A stretch of 64,000 nucleotides of DNA, from the NCBI GenBank assembly GCA_964016885.1, contig OZ024741.1, positions 211,358,001 to 211,422,000 of the forward strand. The letters are read 5' to 3'. The first letter of the stretch is position 1; every line of letters starts with the position of its first letter. This stretch comes from Eledone cirrhosa (Eukaryota). Of the stretch, positions 15,759 through 27,444 are shown piece after piece. The notes under the pieces were generated by a model. That model was not told the DNA's origin. It ran no database searches and was given only the letters and a program-made list of their open reading frames with translations. Both the position numbers and the translations under genes were made by a program.

Positions 15759-17272
15759 ATACCTTCCTGCCAGATGATTGAACGTCTGAAAGTATATACT
15801 TTCCTTATGGATATTAACGGCTGAGCAGCCTAATTTGCATATCGAGAAGGTTAATCGGCCGGGCACACCGAACACGTTAAACGGAAAAAATGAAATGAAA
15901 TTTCATTTCTCACTCTTAGTACAGTGTTGAACAAAAGGGCAACGATGGTTGCTAGACACTGTATGGCTTAATTCGGGATATTTCTTTACAAACAAACCGA
16001 GCATTATAATAAATGTTCGGTAAATCCATACGTACATATATATATGTGTGCATGTATATATATATATACATACTACTGTACGTCTGTATACATATATGTA
16101 TGTACGTATACGTACTTATATTTAAGTATCAGCCGCACTAAGAGTGAGAAATGAAATTTCGTTTCATTTTTTCCGTTTATATATATATACATATATATAT
16201 ATATATGTATTTTGTATGGGATCATACATATCTTTCTTCAGAAGCATACTGCCTTAGTTCTAACACTAATTAGAAAATAAATATGTGTAGGCTTACATTA
16301 CCTAATGTGTCATTCCTTCAGGAAAAACAAACAAAAAAGGCAAACAAAAAAAAGAAAAACGGAAAAGAAAAGTAAAGGTGGTAATGTGTGATTTGTAGGG
16401 AATTTCGCTGAGGTTTCTATATAACATGTTAACTAACAGACGGTTTAGAAGACACCTTAACGAGCTGTTGTGAAAATATGCTGAAGGCAAGAATGTGTTG
16501 GTATTTCTGTTCACCTTTACGATAATAGCAATTACCGGAGAGTGAATGAGTGACGACTATGCTTCAGATTACGTACATCGCTTGCAATGTGTTAAGTTTG
16601 TATTTCTTTGAATCGAACATTAATTAAAACATTGCAGAGAAGGATGTCAAGAAGGACGGTATTATAATGGAAACGTTGTTAGGGTTATCTTTAATTAATT
16701 TCACTAATTATAATGATAATTCCTTATAGTTCTGAAAAGCATTCGATAAATGCTTTCATTAGCGTAGTTGAGTTCGACTGAAATTCGTCGTAAATCAATC
16801 AGCGATCATGTGTTCCAGTTAATGACCCATGAACTGAAGCCATTATCGTTACTAATGGGATAGATTGTATGACTAAAACTGGTTTGATCTCCAAGCTGAA
16901 AGCTTTCAATTCAAGTTCTGTCAGTTTTCACCCCTTAGACCGAAAGTCTTTAATCCAGAAATATACATCTCCTCTCTCCCTCTACACACACACACACGTG
17001 TGTATATTTAGTCTCCTCTCGCTTATTCTCTCACTCCCTCAAAACATACACATACACATGTGTATACCTGCTCTCCTCACGCTCACTCTCTCACTGCCTC
17101 TCTATATACACACATATGTGTATAGTTATATTTATATAGAAGCAAGCACCAGAAAGACACATTCGAAAGATAAGTAGAGAACACTCGACAACACACTACA
17201 ACACACGCAGCACAGGCCTACACACAACATACACCAACATAGACACAAACAACATCTCAAACACACTCATGC

Positions 17273-17394
<122 letters not shown>

Positions 17395-17460
17395 GAGTGT
17401 ATGTCAATGTTCGTAAGTATTTTAACTTCTTTATATTAATATATGTATATAAATATACAA

Positions 17461-17491
<31 letters not shown>

Positions 17492-17563
17492 TATACCTAC
17501 ACACACACACCCTCATATATATATATATGTATAAATATATATATATACCTACACACACATACA

Positions 17564-17612
<49 letters not shown>

Positions 17613-17923
17613 CTATACGTACATATGTATGTGTGTGTGTATATATATACATATATATATATATGTGTGGGTATGCACACAGATATAAATAAATATATAT
17701 ATAGATGCATACATACATATATACATACATACATGCATATATACATACATACATGCATATATATATATATACATATATACATACATATATACATACACAC
17801 GCACATCTAGTCTAGTAGAGCAGAGCCAATCAGAATATCGACCATGTTATCGATATATATAACGTGTGTTCGCATTATTCAATTCTGTTAGGGCCAGTAA
17901 GGGAGGCGGGGCGTGTGTCATTT

Positions 17924-18730
17924 TCTACTCTCATAATACCGAATCCTTCGACCAAACCGTGGCATATGAAATTAATGAGTGCCTCTGTGTAATTTTCTAC
18001 TCTATAATTCTGAAACTTTCGACCAAACCGTGATATGAAATAAATGAGTGAGTCTGTGTCCAATTTTATACTCTATAATACTGAGTATTTCGACAAAACC
18101 GTGATATATAAAATTAATGAGTGAGTCTGTGTCGAATTTTCTGCTCTATAATACTGCTCTATAATACTGAGTCTTTCGACAAAACTGTGATTTATGAAAT
18201 CAATGAGAGTCTGTGTCGAATTTTCTACTCTATAATATTGAAACTTTCGAACAAACCGTGGTATATGAAATCAATGAGAGTCTGTGTCGAATGTTCTACT
18301 CTATAATACTGAGTCTTTCGACAAAACCGTGATATACGAAATCAATGAAAGTCTGTGTCGAATATTCTACTCTATAATACTGAGTCTTTCGACAAAACCG
18401 TGATATATATATACATGTAATGAAAGGCTGTGGGTAATATTTGAGCGAATGTTACTGAGTTTTTCGACCAAACAGTCATGCATGAAAGCAATGAAAGACT
18501 GTGTCAATTTCTACTCAACAATATTGCATTTTTCGACCAAACCGTGATATATAAGGGAATGAGAGGTTTTATTTAATTCCCTTACGCTCTATTCATGAGT
18601 CTTTTAACCAAACCGTGATATATTAAAATAATATGAGGCTCTATGTAATTTTCTTACTCTATATGCATGAGTCTTCCGACGAAACTTTGTGAAATCAACG
18701 TGAGTATGTATGTAATTTTCTACTGAATAA
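17924..18730. repeat. ~71-bp minisatellite, about 11-12 units, more diverged at the edges
   Basis: Unit CTACTCTATAATACTGAGTCTTTCGACAAAACCGTGATATATGAAATCAATGAGAGTCTGTGTCGAATTTT. Confidence 0.88.
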
Positions 18731-18929
18731 TACTTTGAGTTACGATCAGCTTCAAAGGGATGTTACTAATGACACAAACTGAAACAAATTGCAACAAGAT
18801 TTTCAACTAATTGATTGGTAATTGATTTTTGATCACATGACCATAACCTTGAGATCATATGTACTTGCTTGTATATAGGGCATATCAAAGTCTATATACA
18901 TTCAATTGTTTCTCACTCACTCTCTCACT

Positions 18930-18989
<60 letters not shown>

Positions 18990-19097
18990 TTCCCCCTCTC
19001 TCTCTCTCTCTCTCTCGCTCTCTCTCTATATATATATATATATACATATATCTTAATGCATACTTATGTATGGATATATTTCATTCACTTTTACACA

Positions 19098-19159
<62 letters not shown>

Positions 19160-19163
<4 letters not shown>

Positions 19164-19338
19164 ACAAATCTAATATAGAAATGACTTTTACAGGACTAGA
19201 GCTGTTTCATTCGGAGGAAATCATCAGGAAACCCAGTTCTAGTCACGCAGAAGCTATTTCTATATTAAATTTGTTGTTTACACTCTACTAAAGTATTGAG
19301 AACCTTACTTATTTACTGTAGCTACCCCGATTGAAACC

Positions 19339-19342
<4 letters not shown>
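19160..19342. mobile_element. Small fold-back repeat with a hammerhead-like core; related copy at about 42363-42545
   Basis: GACTAGAGCTG...CAGTTCTAGTC inverted arms around minus-strand CTGATGA-T-TTC-CTCC-GAA-T-GAAAC; same arms and GTCCCG terminus at 42.4 kb. Confidence 0.55.
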
Positions 19343-19382
<40 letters not shown>

Positions 19383-20284
19383 CACACACACATACATATA
19401 TATATATATTTATATGCGCGCTTATAATGGCCTAATCTTGTAAGGAAATTCATCGTGTTTATACGAGAGCTGACATCAAACCCAAGGAAAAGTAAAATAT
19501 GCCTCTATAATAGATTCCACTCACCAGATCTCTACAGCTCAATGGCGAGTTCTACAAAGTATGACCCCCTCCCTACCCCACGGTGTAACTACCACCGACC
19601 TACACCAATTACTGGTATCGGGATGACATAGTTTCTATATAATAACATTCTGCACTAACTAACTAATGTATATATAAATGTAAATAATTTCATAAAAACC
19701 ATACAATGCATTAGAAAATTAAAGGTCACAAGTTTGCTAAGGTAAGATTTGCCAAGGTTATATTGGCACCTTTAAATTTCTAATACATTGTATGTTTTTT
19801 TTTAAATTATTAAAATTTATCTATATATCTAAAACGGAGAATGTGTCTGTCCCCGTAAAACTCGAGAACCACCCAACCGAATTTTTTCAAACATGTAATA
19901 CGTATGGTCGTGTGAGTTTTTTGAGCAAAAACTATTTCAAATGTTCAATGCCCTAGGGACCGCATTAGGCGCCGGTTAGCGATCTCTCCCTCTTTCATAG
20001 TCTGTCTTTTTAGATAGATATGTTTCTTTTATTTGCCACCAGGGCATCAAAAGTGGGACAAGTACAATGGGGGGAGTTTACAAAACAAGGCGTCCTCAAT
20101 AAGGAGGAGGCAATAACAATATATAAAAATAAAATAAAATATAACAAAAAATAAAATTTATAACAAAGTCCTCAATAGAGAGGAGGCGCCTTGGGGGGTC
20201 GCACGCACCCCCGAAAAAAGTGTGCAACCCTTCTCCTCAGAAGCACAGAGAAGGGGTGCTCCCTTGGTCTTTCATCTTCCTCAC

Positions 20285-23200
20285 CTATAGTCTGATGTAG
20301 AGTGAAGGCCCATTCACACGGGCCATTCTCGCCACTTTCAGCCATCTTTCATAGAAACGGCTGGGGTGCAGCACCTCTCTCTCCATCCTGATCCTTCTTC
20401 CGAAATGATATCGGAAGAAACGGACCAGTTGTTGGCCAGAGAGAAAGGTGTCTGACCTCAGTCCTTTCAGACGCGTCCACCATACAACCTCTTTCGCCAT
20501 GGCTATTACGCACAGAAACACCGCCTCTCCTTCGTTTTTGAAGAGGGGAGGCGGCTTGATCGTTAAAATAGACTCGGTGGTCAACCGGATCGGTCCCACC
20601 CTTGACAGCAGTTGTTCGACATAGCCCCACAGATCGGCAATGCCCGAGCAGTGTACCAATGCGTGTGCAACGGTTTCCTCGTCGCACACGCATCTGGGAC
20701 AGACCTTTTTCGATGGGTCCCTACCCGGGCGCCCGTGTCTGTAGAGCCTTTCTCGAACGGGCAGAGCCCTTCTGTAGCATTGCCAGGCCAGAGACCTCTG
20801 AAAGTTATCCATGGGTCCCGGGCTGAATGTCCTACCGAACAGGTTGGCCAGTTCGTCTTCCTCCATGCCTAGGGCTTCTCCGAGGGCGTCGTCGCACCTG
20901 CTAACCACCAGCCCTCTATAGAATGACGAGGTGGATTCTCCACTGACAGCCGGGTCCGCCTGCCAGAGAGCCGTGAGCGCCTGGGCACACTCGGTGTGCC
21001 AGGCGCCCAGTTTTCTCGGTCTTTGCTTGACCCAGGATTGCAGCTCGGTGAGTGAGACGAGTCTGGGAAAGGCTCGCCTCACAAACGGGGCCCACACCGG
21101 TTGACCGGAGAGGAATACCTGAAGGTGCCGTAGCCTTAATGCGTGTTTACGTATCATCAGCCACGGCATCCCCAGCCCTCCTTTCGAAGGGTGTTGACAG
21201 CAGATGGATCTCCTCACCATAGGAGCCCGCTTCTTCCAAAGGAATTGGAAGAGTGCGCGCTCCATTTTGGCGAGCGTTTCCCTTGGGCAAGGCACCACGG
21301 TCAGGCGGTAGTAGATGACGGACGCTATATAAGTGTTCGCCACCTCCGCCCGACCTTTCAGGGACAGTTTGCACTCGGCCCACTTCTGGGTCAGTGCAAA
21401 CACCCTGCTCGTCACCTCACCCCAGTTCTTCTCCACCTGGAGGTCTGGTCCAAACCAGACCCCGAGCAATTTCACCGGGCCCTCCGTCCAGCGCCCGACG
21501 ACGCCATCGGAGGGCATCGATCTGCCCCTCCACGTGCCGAGTTGCAGACCGATCGACTTGTCCCGGTTCAGCTTAGCCCCTGTAAACCTTTCGTACTCCT
21601 CCAGTAAGGTGCCGATCGCCCCGATTTCCGAGGCCGTCGACACCATTACTGTTACGTCATCGGCGTAGGCTGACACCGCTTTCCGCAATCCAGGTTCCAA
21701 CGGGATGCCCTGCAACAACTCCAACTTCCGCAGCAGTGGCTCTAGAGTCACTACCTACAGAAGGGAGGAGAGAGGGCACCCCTGTCGGATGGACCGCGCA
21801 ATTTCGAACGGCTCCGAGAGGTAGCCGTTCACCTTGACCCTAGAGCAGATGCGGCTGCTGTGCATGGCATTGATCCAGCCCCTGAAAACGGGTCCGAAGC
21901 CTGCCGCCGCTAGCACCGCATCCAGGTAACCATGGTCGACCCTATCGAATGCCTTAGATTGATCCAAGTTGATCAGGGCCCCACCAAAGCCGGATTCGTT
22001 CCCAACCCTCTCTATGATGTATCGCATGAGGTGGAGGTTATCGTGGATGGACCTGGACGGGATAGCACATGTCTGCGCATCTCCCACCAGGTTGCCCACG
22101 ACAAGCGCCAACCTCTTTGCTAGCACCTTGGCCAAAATCTGTAACTCTGTATTTAGCAGAGTTATGGGCCTGAAATTATTTATATCGTCCCCCTTGTTCT
22201 CGTCCTTCCTCACTAGCGTGACTACGCCCTTGGTCACAGCACAGGGAATTCTCCCGTTCTGTCGCCAGTTGCAGTAGACCACCTCGAGGAGTTCGGGGAA
22301 CAAGTCCGGCATAGCTAGATATAGTTCGTATGGAAGACCATCGAGACCCGGGGATTTGCGTTTGCCGCATTGGCTCAGCACGTCCTCTATCTCAGCGGTT
22401 GAAATCGGCTCCTCGCAGGACTTCGCCTCCCTGTCAGCGGTAGGCCGTCGAGGTATGGACCGAAGTCCACGTCCCCAACCGGCCTCCCGCCCCTTCCGAA
22501 CAATTCGGCAAAGTGCTTTTGAAAAGCCTCGCACATCTGCTTAGGTTCAAGGATCACCCGTTCATCCTGGTCTCGCAAAGACCAGATAGTGGATCTGCTC
22601 CCTCTTTTGGCTTCTGTCACGCGGGCCCAGCTAACAGCTTTGGTCCCCTCGTTTCCCAGAGCACGTATTTTGCTTCGGACGATGCAGCCTTCGTGTTTCG
22701 CGTCGAAGAACTGGCCCAGGGCCGTTCTCGACGCTAGCACTCTGGCCACGTCGCCGCTTCTAATTGCCTCTTCTACACTATCTACCAACTCCCTTTCCTT
22801 CCTATTTCTATTGGAGGCTAACTCCTTACTAAATTCTATAGAGACTACTCTAATCTCTCTTTTGAGAGATCCCCACCACCTGCTGTTGACGATGGCGCCC
22901 GTCAACCGCTCCTTAACTAAAGTGCTAATCCGGTTCCTGTAAGCCTTACTTGCCGGTAAGGACAAGTTGAGCTTCCAGTAACCGGGTCCCTGTCTATGAG
23001 TTCTGTCAAGGTTGACCATGCAGGTCACTAATTTGTGGTCTGAATAGCCAACCATGCGCATTTTTGGACAACTTAAAAAGTCCTTATCCTTAATTCTAAC
23101 TAAGAACCTATCTAGGTACGACCTAGATGTTCCGCTACGATTTGCCCAAGTCCAGGTTGGCGCAGTCGGAAAATCTAGTCGATATCTATCGGCCAGGTCA

Positions 23201-23715
23201 AATCGACCGATTAACCCTTTGAGGCTATTACACCCCTCTCTATCGGGACAGGCCCCTACGTAGTCCCAGCGTGCATCTAGGATACCATTCCAGTCCCCCA
23301 CTAATAGCAAGGAGCGGGACGTCCCCAGAAAAGTCTCCAGACGATGGAAGAAGTCCGGCCGCATTGACCCGAAAGGGCCGTAGGCGGCTACCAACCTAAA
23401 CGCTCCGCCTCTACCACTGCCAAGGTCCAGAACCACTAGTCGACCCTCCGGGTCCAAATGTACCATCTGTGTTGCGAGACCCAGATGTTTTTGCAGCAGA
23501 ACGACAACTCCACCCCCACCTCCGGGCTGACAGAGAGATGCGTGCATCTCAAGGTCGTCAAAGGTGGGGGCCAGCTGACGCACGTTGCTGATCCGGGCCT
23601 CGCAAATAACCATCACATCTATACGTTGTGACCTGAGGTCATTTAGAAGCATTGCTTGCTTCCAAGTTGAGCCCAGGCCACGCGCATTTAAACAGCCTAC
23701 TCTTAGCATAGCCAT
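20285..23715 (-). pseudogene. Tx1 ORF2 (APE endonuclease, RT, C-terminal zinc finger), two lesions
   Basis: LNARGL, GDWN, SDH (APE); KSPGLDG, RPITLLN, LDQSKAFD, QGCPLS, YADD (RT); CPRC..ETVAHALVHC. Frameshift near 22437 (7-nt deletion relative to copy B) and in-frame TAG at 21755-21757. Confidence 0.92.
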
Positions 23716-23739
23716 GTTGGTGGTGAAGAGAAAAGGCAC

Positions 23740-25383
23740 TTACCTCTCTGCGTCCCGGGTATCGGGCTGCACAATTTCCATTAGGGTGGGGGATGGGTTG
23801 TTGGGTGGGATGGTGGTTTGTGGAAGTGTAGGGGCATCAGTGTGTTGTGTGGTTGGGGAGCTTGGAGTTGTGTGGGTGTTTGGGAAGGGGGTGGGATAGT
23901 TTTTTAGGAGGACGCGGTTAATGGGCCCGACGCAGGGGGGACCCACGTCCTCTTTAAAATTGTTTTTTAAAGTTTTATAGGTGTCCTGTGGGGCCTTAAT
24001 CATTTTGAGGTGGGGGAAATCCCCTGCCTGGGTGAAGTTAGGCCCTTGTGTTTTTATTAGATTGTTGTTGTACACAATGTTTAACAGTTTTTTGTTTCTT
24101 GTGTTTATGTATGTGTATGCATGTTTTTGTTTTTGTGTGGTGTTTTTTGTTTGCTGTTGTTGTGAGCTCTTTTGTGTTGGTGTCAGTGTTATGTTTTGGG
24201 GAGGGGTTGTTTTCATTTGTATGTCTGAGGTGTGTTTTCTTTTTTTTCTTTTGATTGTGTGGAAGTGCTCCTCCTCGTCTGACGACGAACTAGGGTCATC
24301 TTCCGCGTTGGAGGGGAGGGGTATATTTTCGGGTTGTGTTTGCGGTACGGGTGTTTTGGAAATTGTTTTTGTTTTTTGAGTGGAGGGGATGGGTTGGACA
24401 TTGTTTTGTTTTGGTTTGAGCTGTGGTGGTTGTTTTTGTAGTGGTAGTTGTGGTGATTGTGTTGGTTGTGCAGTTGTTGGTGGTGTAGGCAGGATTGGGG
24501 TTTTCTTATTAAGTTGGGGACAGACAGCCCTCAGGTGACCTCTGGTTCCGCAGAGGTAACACGAGGGCCGTCTACCCTCAACGGTAATGTCGATGAAGGT
24601 TAGATCATCCAGTATGACGCGTTCAGGGATCTGGGCGATCCTTTCGGGCCTCATTTGAACTACAAGTTCGAGGCTCGTTCCACTGAACGCGTCACCCGAT
24701 GCCTTTCCCATGGACACCAGCATGTCATCCTCCAGGTCCAGAAAACCTGTCAAAACCCACCATATGTCCATAATCGGCAGGATGGTGTGGATTTTTATTT
24801 TCTGTGTTCTTCTACCCATGTACGTAGGGTAGTAGGTGTATGCGGTGGATGTGATTGGTTTGATGGACAGTTTCACTGCTGTGTCCCTGTCCTTCATGAG
24901 AATGGATAGACTCCCGTAGAGTCTATCCTTCTGAATGAAGGTGATGTCCTTCATGACGTCTTTTAAAACCAGCTCTATCTCACTCTGTGATGGTTGAGCT
25001 GGTTTTTTACTTTTGTTCGAGATTGTCCTAAACATGACCGTGTTTAGGAGTCTCTGGCTTTTTAGTTCCGGGGGGGGGGGGGGGGAATGGATTGTGAATG
25101 AACCATTTTCTCCGTACACTATATATTTTATCGCATCTGCCAGTAGCTCCTTCGCTTTGGTTATATCTACTGGCAGATAGTCGAGGGTTTTCCTTGTCGT
25201 CTCGGCGAAGGAGAAATTTTGTTTGTTTGTGTTGTTGTTGTCGTTGGTGGTGTTGTTGTTATCATTGTTGTTGTTGTCACCGTTATTGGTCTTGTTGTTA
25301 TTGTTATTGTTATTGGTGTTGTTTTCGTCCGTCGCATTGTTGTTGTTGTTGCTGTTGCTGCTGGTTCTTTGGGTTGTTGCCAT
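23740..25383 (-). CDS. Tx1 ORF1 (gag-like nucleic acid-binding protein), intact 547 aa
   Basis: CCHC knuckle CYLCGTRGHLRAVC, poly-N/T N-terminus, basic KRKKRK motif; directly upstream of ORF2. Confidence 0.87.
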   Translation of the reverse strand: MATTQRTSSNSNNNNNATDENNTNNNNNNNKTNNGDNNNNDNNNTTNDNNNTNKQNFSFAETTRKTLDYLPVDITKAKELLADAIKYIVYGENGSFTIHSPPPPPELKSQRLLNTVMFRTISNKSKKPAQPSQSEIELVLKDVMKDITFIQKDRLYGSLSILMKDRDTAVKLSIKPITSTAYTYYPTYMGRRTQKIKIHTILPIMDIWWVLTGFLDLEDDMLVSMGKASGDAFSGTSLELVVQMRPERIAQIPERVILDDLTFIDITVEGRRPSCYLCGTRGHLRAVCPQLNKKTPILPTPPTTAQPTQSPQLPLQKQPPQLKPKQNNVQPIPSTQKTKTISKTPVPQTQPENIPLPSNAEDDPSSSSDEEEHFHTIKRKKRKHTSDIQMKTTPPQNITLTPTQKSSQQQQTKNTTQKQKHAYTYINTRNKKLLNIVYNNNLIKTQGPNFTQAGDFPHLKMIKAPQDTYKTLKNNFKEDVGPPCVGPINRVLLKNYPTPFPNTHTTPSSPTTQHTDAPTLPQTTIPPNNPSPTLMEIVQPDTRDAER

Positions 25384-25523
25384 GGCAACGTCAAGTTGTC
25401 GGTTAACAGGTAGAGAGAATTCTTTTAGATAGATACATAGCTATAACGTCGCGCCCTTATAATATCTGTCAGTATGACTGACTGTCTACATTACGACATT
25501 ATGAAAACATTGACCTCGCTATC

Positions 25524-25562
<39 letters not shown>

Positions 25563-25730
25563 TAGGGAACGTCTTCACGAACCAAAAACCAAAGTATCGT
25601 CTTCCTGTTTTCCTTCAGTCGCAACGTTTCTCGAAATATTTACTTCTGCGTTCACAAATTGATTTTTTTAGTTTTAGAAGATCCCGTTAAGGGTGAAAGC
25701 TGCGATTCTTTGCTTAAACTTTAATCTGTA

Positions 25731-25910
25731 ATGTCTATCAACAAATCCCAGTGCCAGACCCTAGTTGTTGCTGGTCTTCTTTTGGAAGAGTCATGTTTTT
25801 CAGACAAGCAACTATACGTTGGCTGCTCAACCGTGGGAAGCAAGACAACTCATTTTGCATATGCCTGACACGGAAGAACAATGAACATTGTGTACAAGGA
25901 TGTGTTGCAA
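25731..25910 (+). pseudogene. Helitron Pif1-helicase C-terminal fragment
   Basis: MSINKSQCQTL..VAGLLLEESCFSDKQLYVGCSTVG..GRTMNIVYKDVL resembles the Helitron motifs TINKSQGQT, FSHGQLYVACSRV and TKNIVYKEV. Confidence 0.85.
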
Positions 25911-26459
25911 TCATCTTTTAGGTAAACGAGGCAGAAGGGGATATACACGATTATCTGAAGAAGGACGAGACTGTGTTAGTAGTACGACCAACGGCTGCTA
26001 TCACACCAACAGTGGCAAAAACAAAAACAAAAAAAGAGAGAACGCAATTACATGATTTTGAAAAATCTTAATGGAAAATTATTTGCCTATTCACCCACGG
26101 CGACTTCACTTTTTATTAGGACTTCTGCATCAATTGGTGAACATACGACGAAACTGTTTCAGAAAGGGGGATAAACATGCCAATCTATGTTTAGAATGCC
26201 GAGCAGCGCCGGGCCATTCTGCTAGTATTTCCTATTGAACAATGCTTCAAGCGAACTACAACACTCTATAATGTATAAGCACACACACACACACACATAC
26301 ATATATATATATACAAATATATATACATATGCAAATATATATATAGAGACATATACATATATGTATATATGTATATGTGTGTGTGTGTGTGTGCACGTGT
26401 GGGTGTGTGCACGTGTGCGTGTGTGCGTGTATGTATGGACATATATATATCAACAATAA

Positions 26460-26742
26460 TAATAATTGTTTCTACTTTTGGCACAAGGCCAGCAAATACT
26501 CAGTACATTACTGGTATTTTATTTTATCGACCCCGTAGACAATAATAATAATAATAATGTTTCTACTTTTGGCACAAGGTCAGCAATTACCCAGTACATT
26601 AGTGGTCCTTTATTTTATCGACCCCGTAAGGATGAAAGGCAAAGTTAATTTCGAAAGGATTTGAACTGATACCGTAAAGAGACGTAACTATGCTAGAAAG
26701 CATGGCGTCCGACCTTCTACCGATACTGACAATTTACCGCCC
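26460..26742 (-). mobile_element. tRNA-derived SINE plus a partial tandem copy
   Basis: Reverse complement of the SINE consensus seen at 14986-15180. Confidence 0.85.
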
Positions 26743-27267
26743 TTGGCACCCATTGCAATAAAGTCGACAAATTCAACATTTGCTCTATCGAAGTACTTAG
26801 CTGTACTACTTAAGCCTGCCCTCACCCCAACCCCACCCCTTGAAGGAATCACTTTGGAATTCCTGGCTTGTCCATTTTTTTCTTCTGTTTACTTGCTTTC
26901 TTGCAGACGCCGCAGTAACATACAGACAGAGTAAAAGTAAAAAAAGAGAAACCCGATCACCTGATCACCTACCTCCTTATCACATCGATATCGATGTGAT
27001 CGTTTTTACTAGTCACGGAGCCTGGTGCTGATGGGGTGGGGAATTGGCGGTGTAACAACAGCAGCAGATGTCATTGACATTACACCTCATCTCGATATCT
27101 CCCCCCCTCTTCCTCCTCCTCTCCTTTTACGTGACATAGAACATATAAAAAAAGATATGGAAATATAAATTTATATATATATATATATATTGTGCCTACA
27201 TGAGAAACCATTATCTGTATCATATGGTCGGCATTACAAACGCATTGATGATGTTGCTTTTATATAT

Positions 27268-27346
<79 letters not shown>

Positions 27347-27364
27347 TATATATATATATATATG

Positions 27365-27426
<62 letters not shown>

Positions 27427-27444
27427 CATATATATATATATATA

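Larger units (their letters stand above)
20021..25422 (-). mobile_element. Full-length Tx1/L1-clade LINE (copy A)
   Basis: ORF1 plus APE-RT-zinc finger ORF2; 13-bp TSD TTTTAGATAGATA at 20008-20020 and 25423-25435; AATAAA at the 3' end without a poly(A) tail. Confidence 0.93.
19820..26225 (+). mobile_element. Non-autonomous Helitron remnant interrupted by a Tx1 LINE
   Basis: A|TC 5' end (TCTATATATCTAAAACGG), imperfect 3' hairpin GCCGAGCAGCGCCGGGC followed by CTAG|T, and an internal Pif1 helicase fragment. Confidence 0.75.

Noticed and set aside
15770-15805. CAGATGA..GAAAGTATATACTT second hammerhead
   Set aside because: Core mutated; stems I and II do not pair.
18750-18796. CTAATGA..GAAAC hammerhead-like motif
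   Set aside because: G5 is missing, stem II is absent and there is no NUH triplet.
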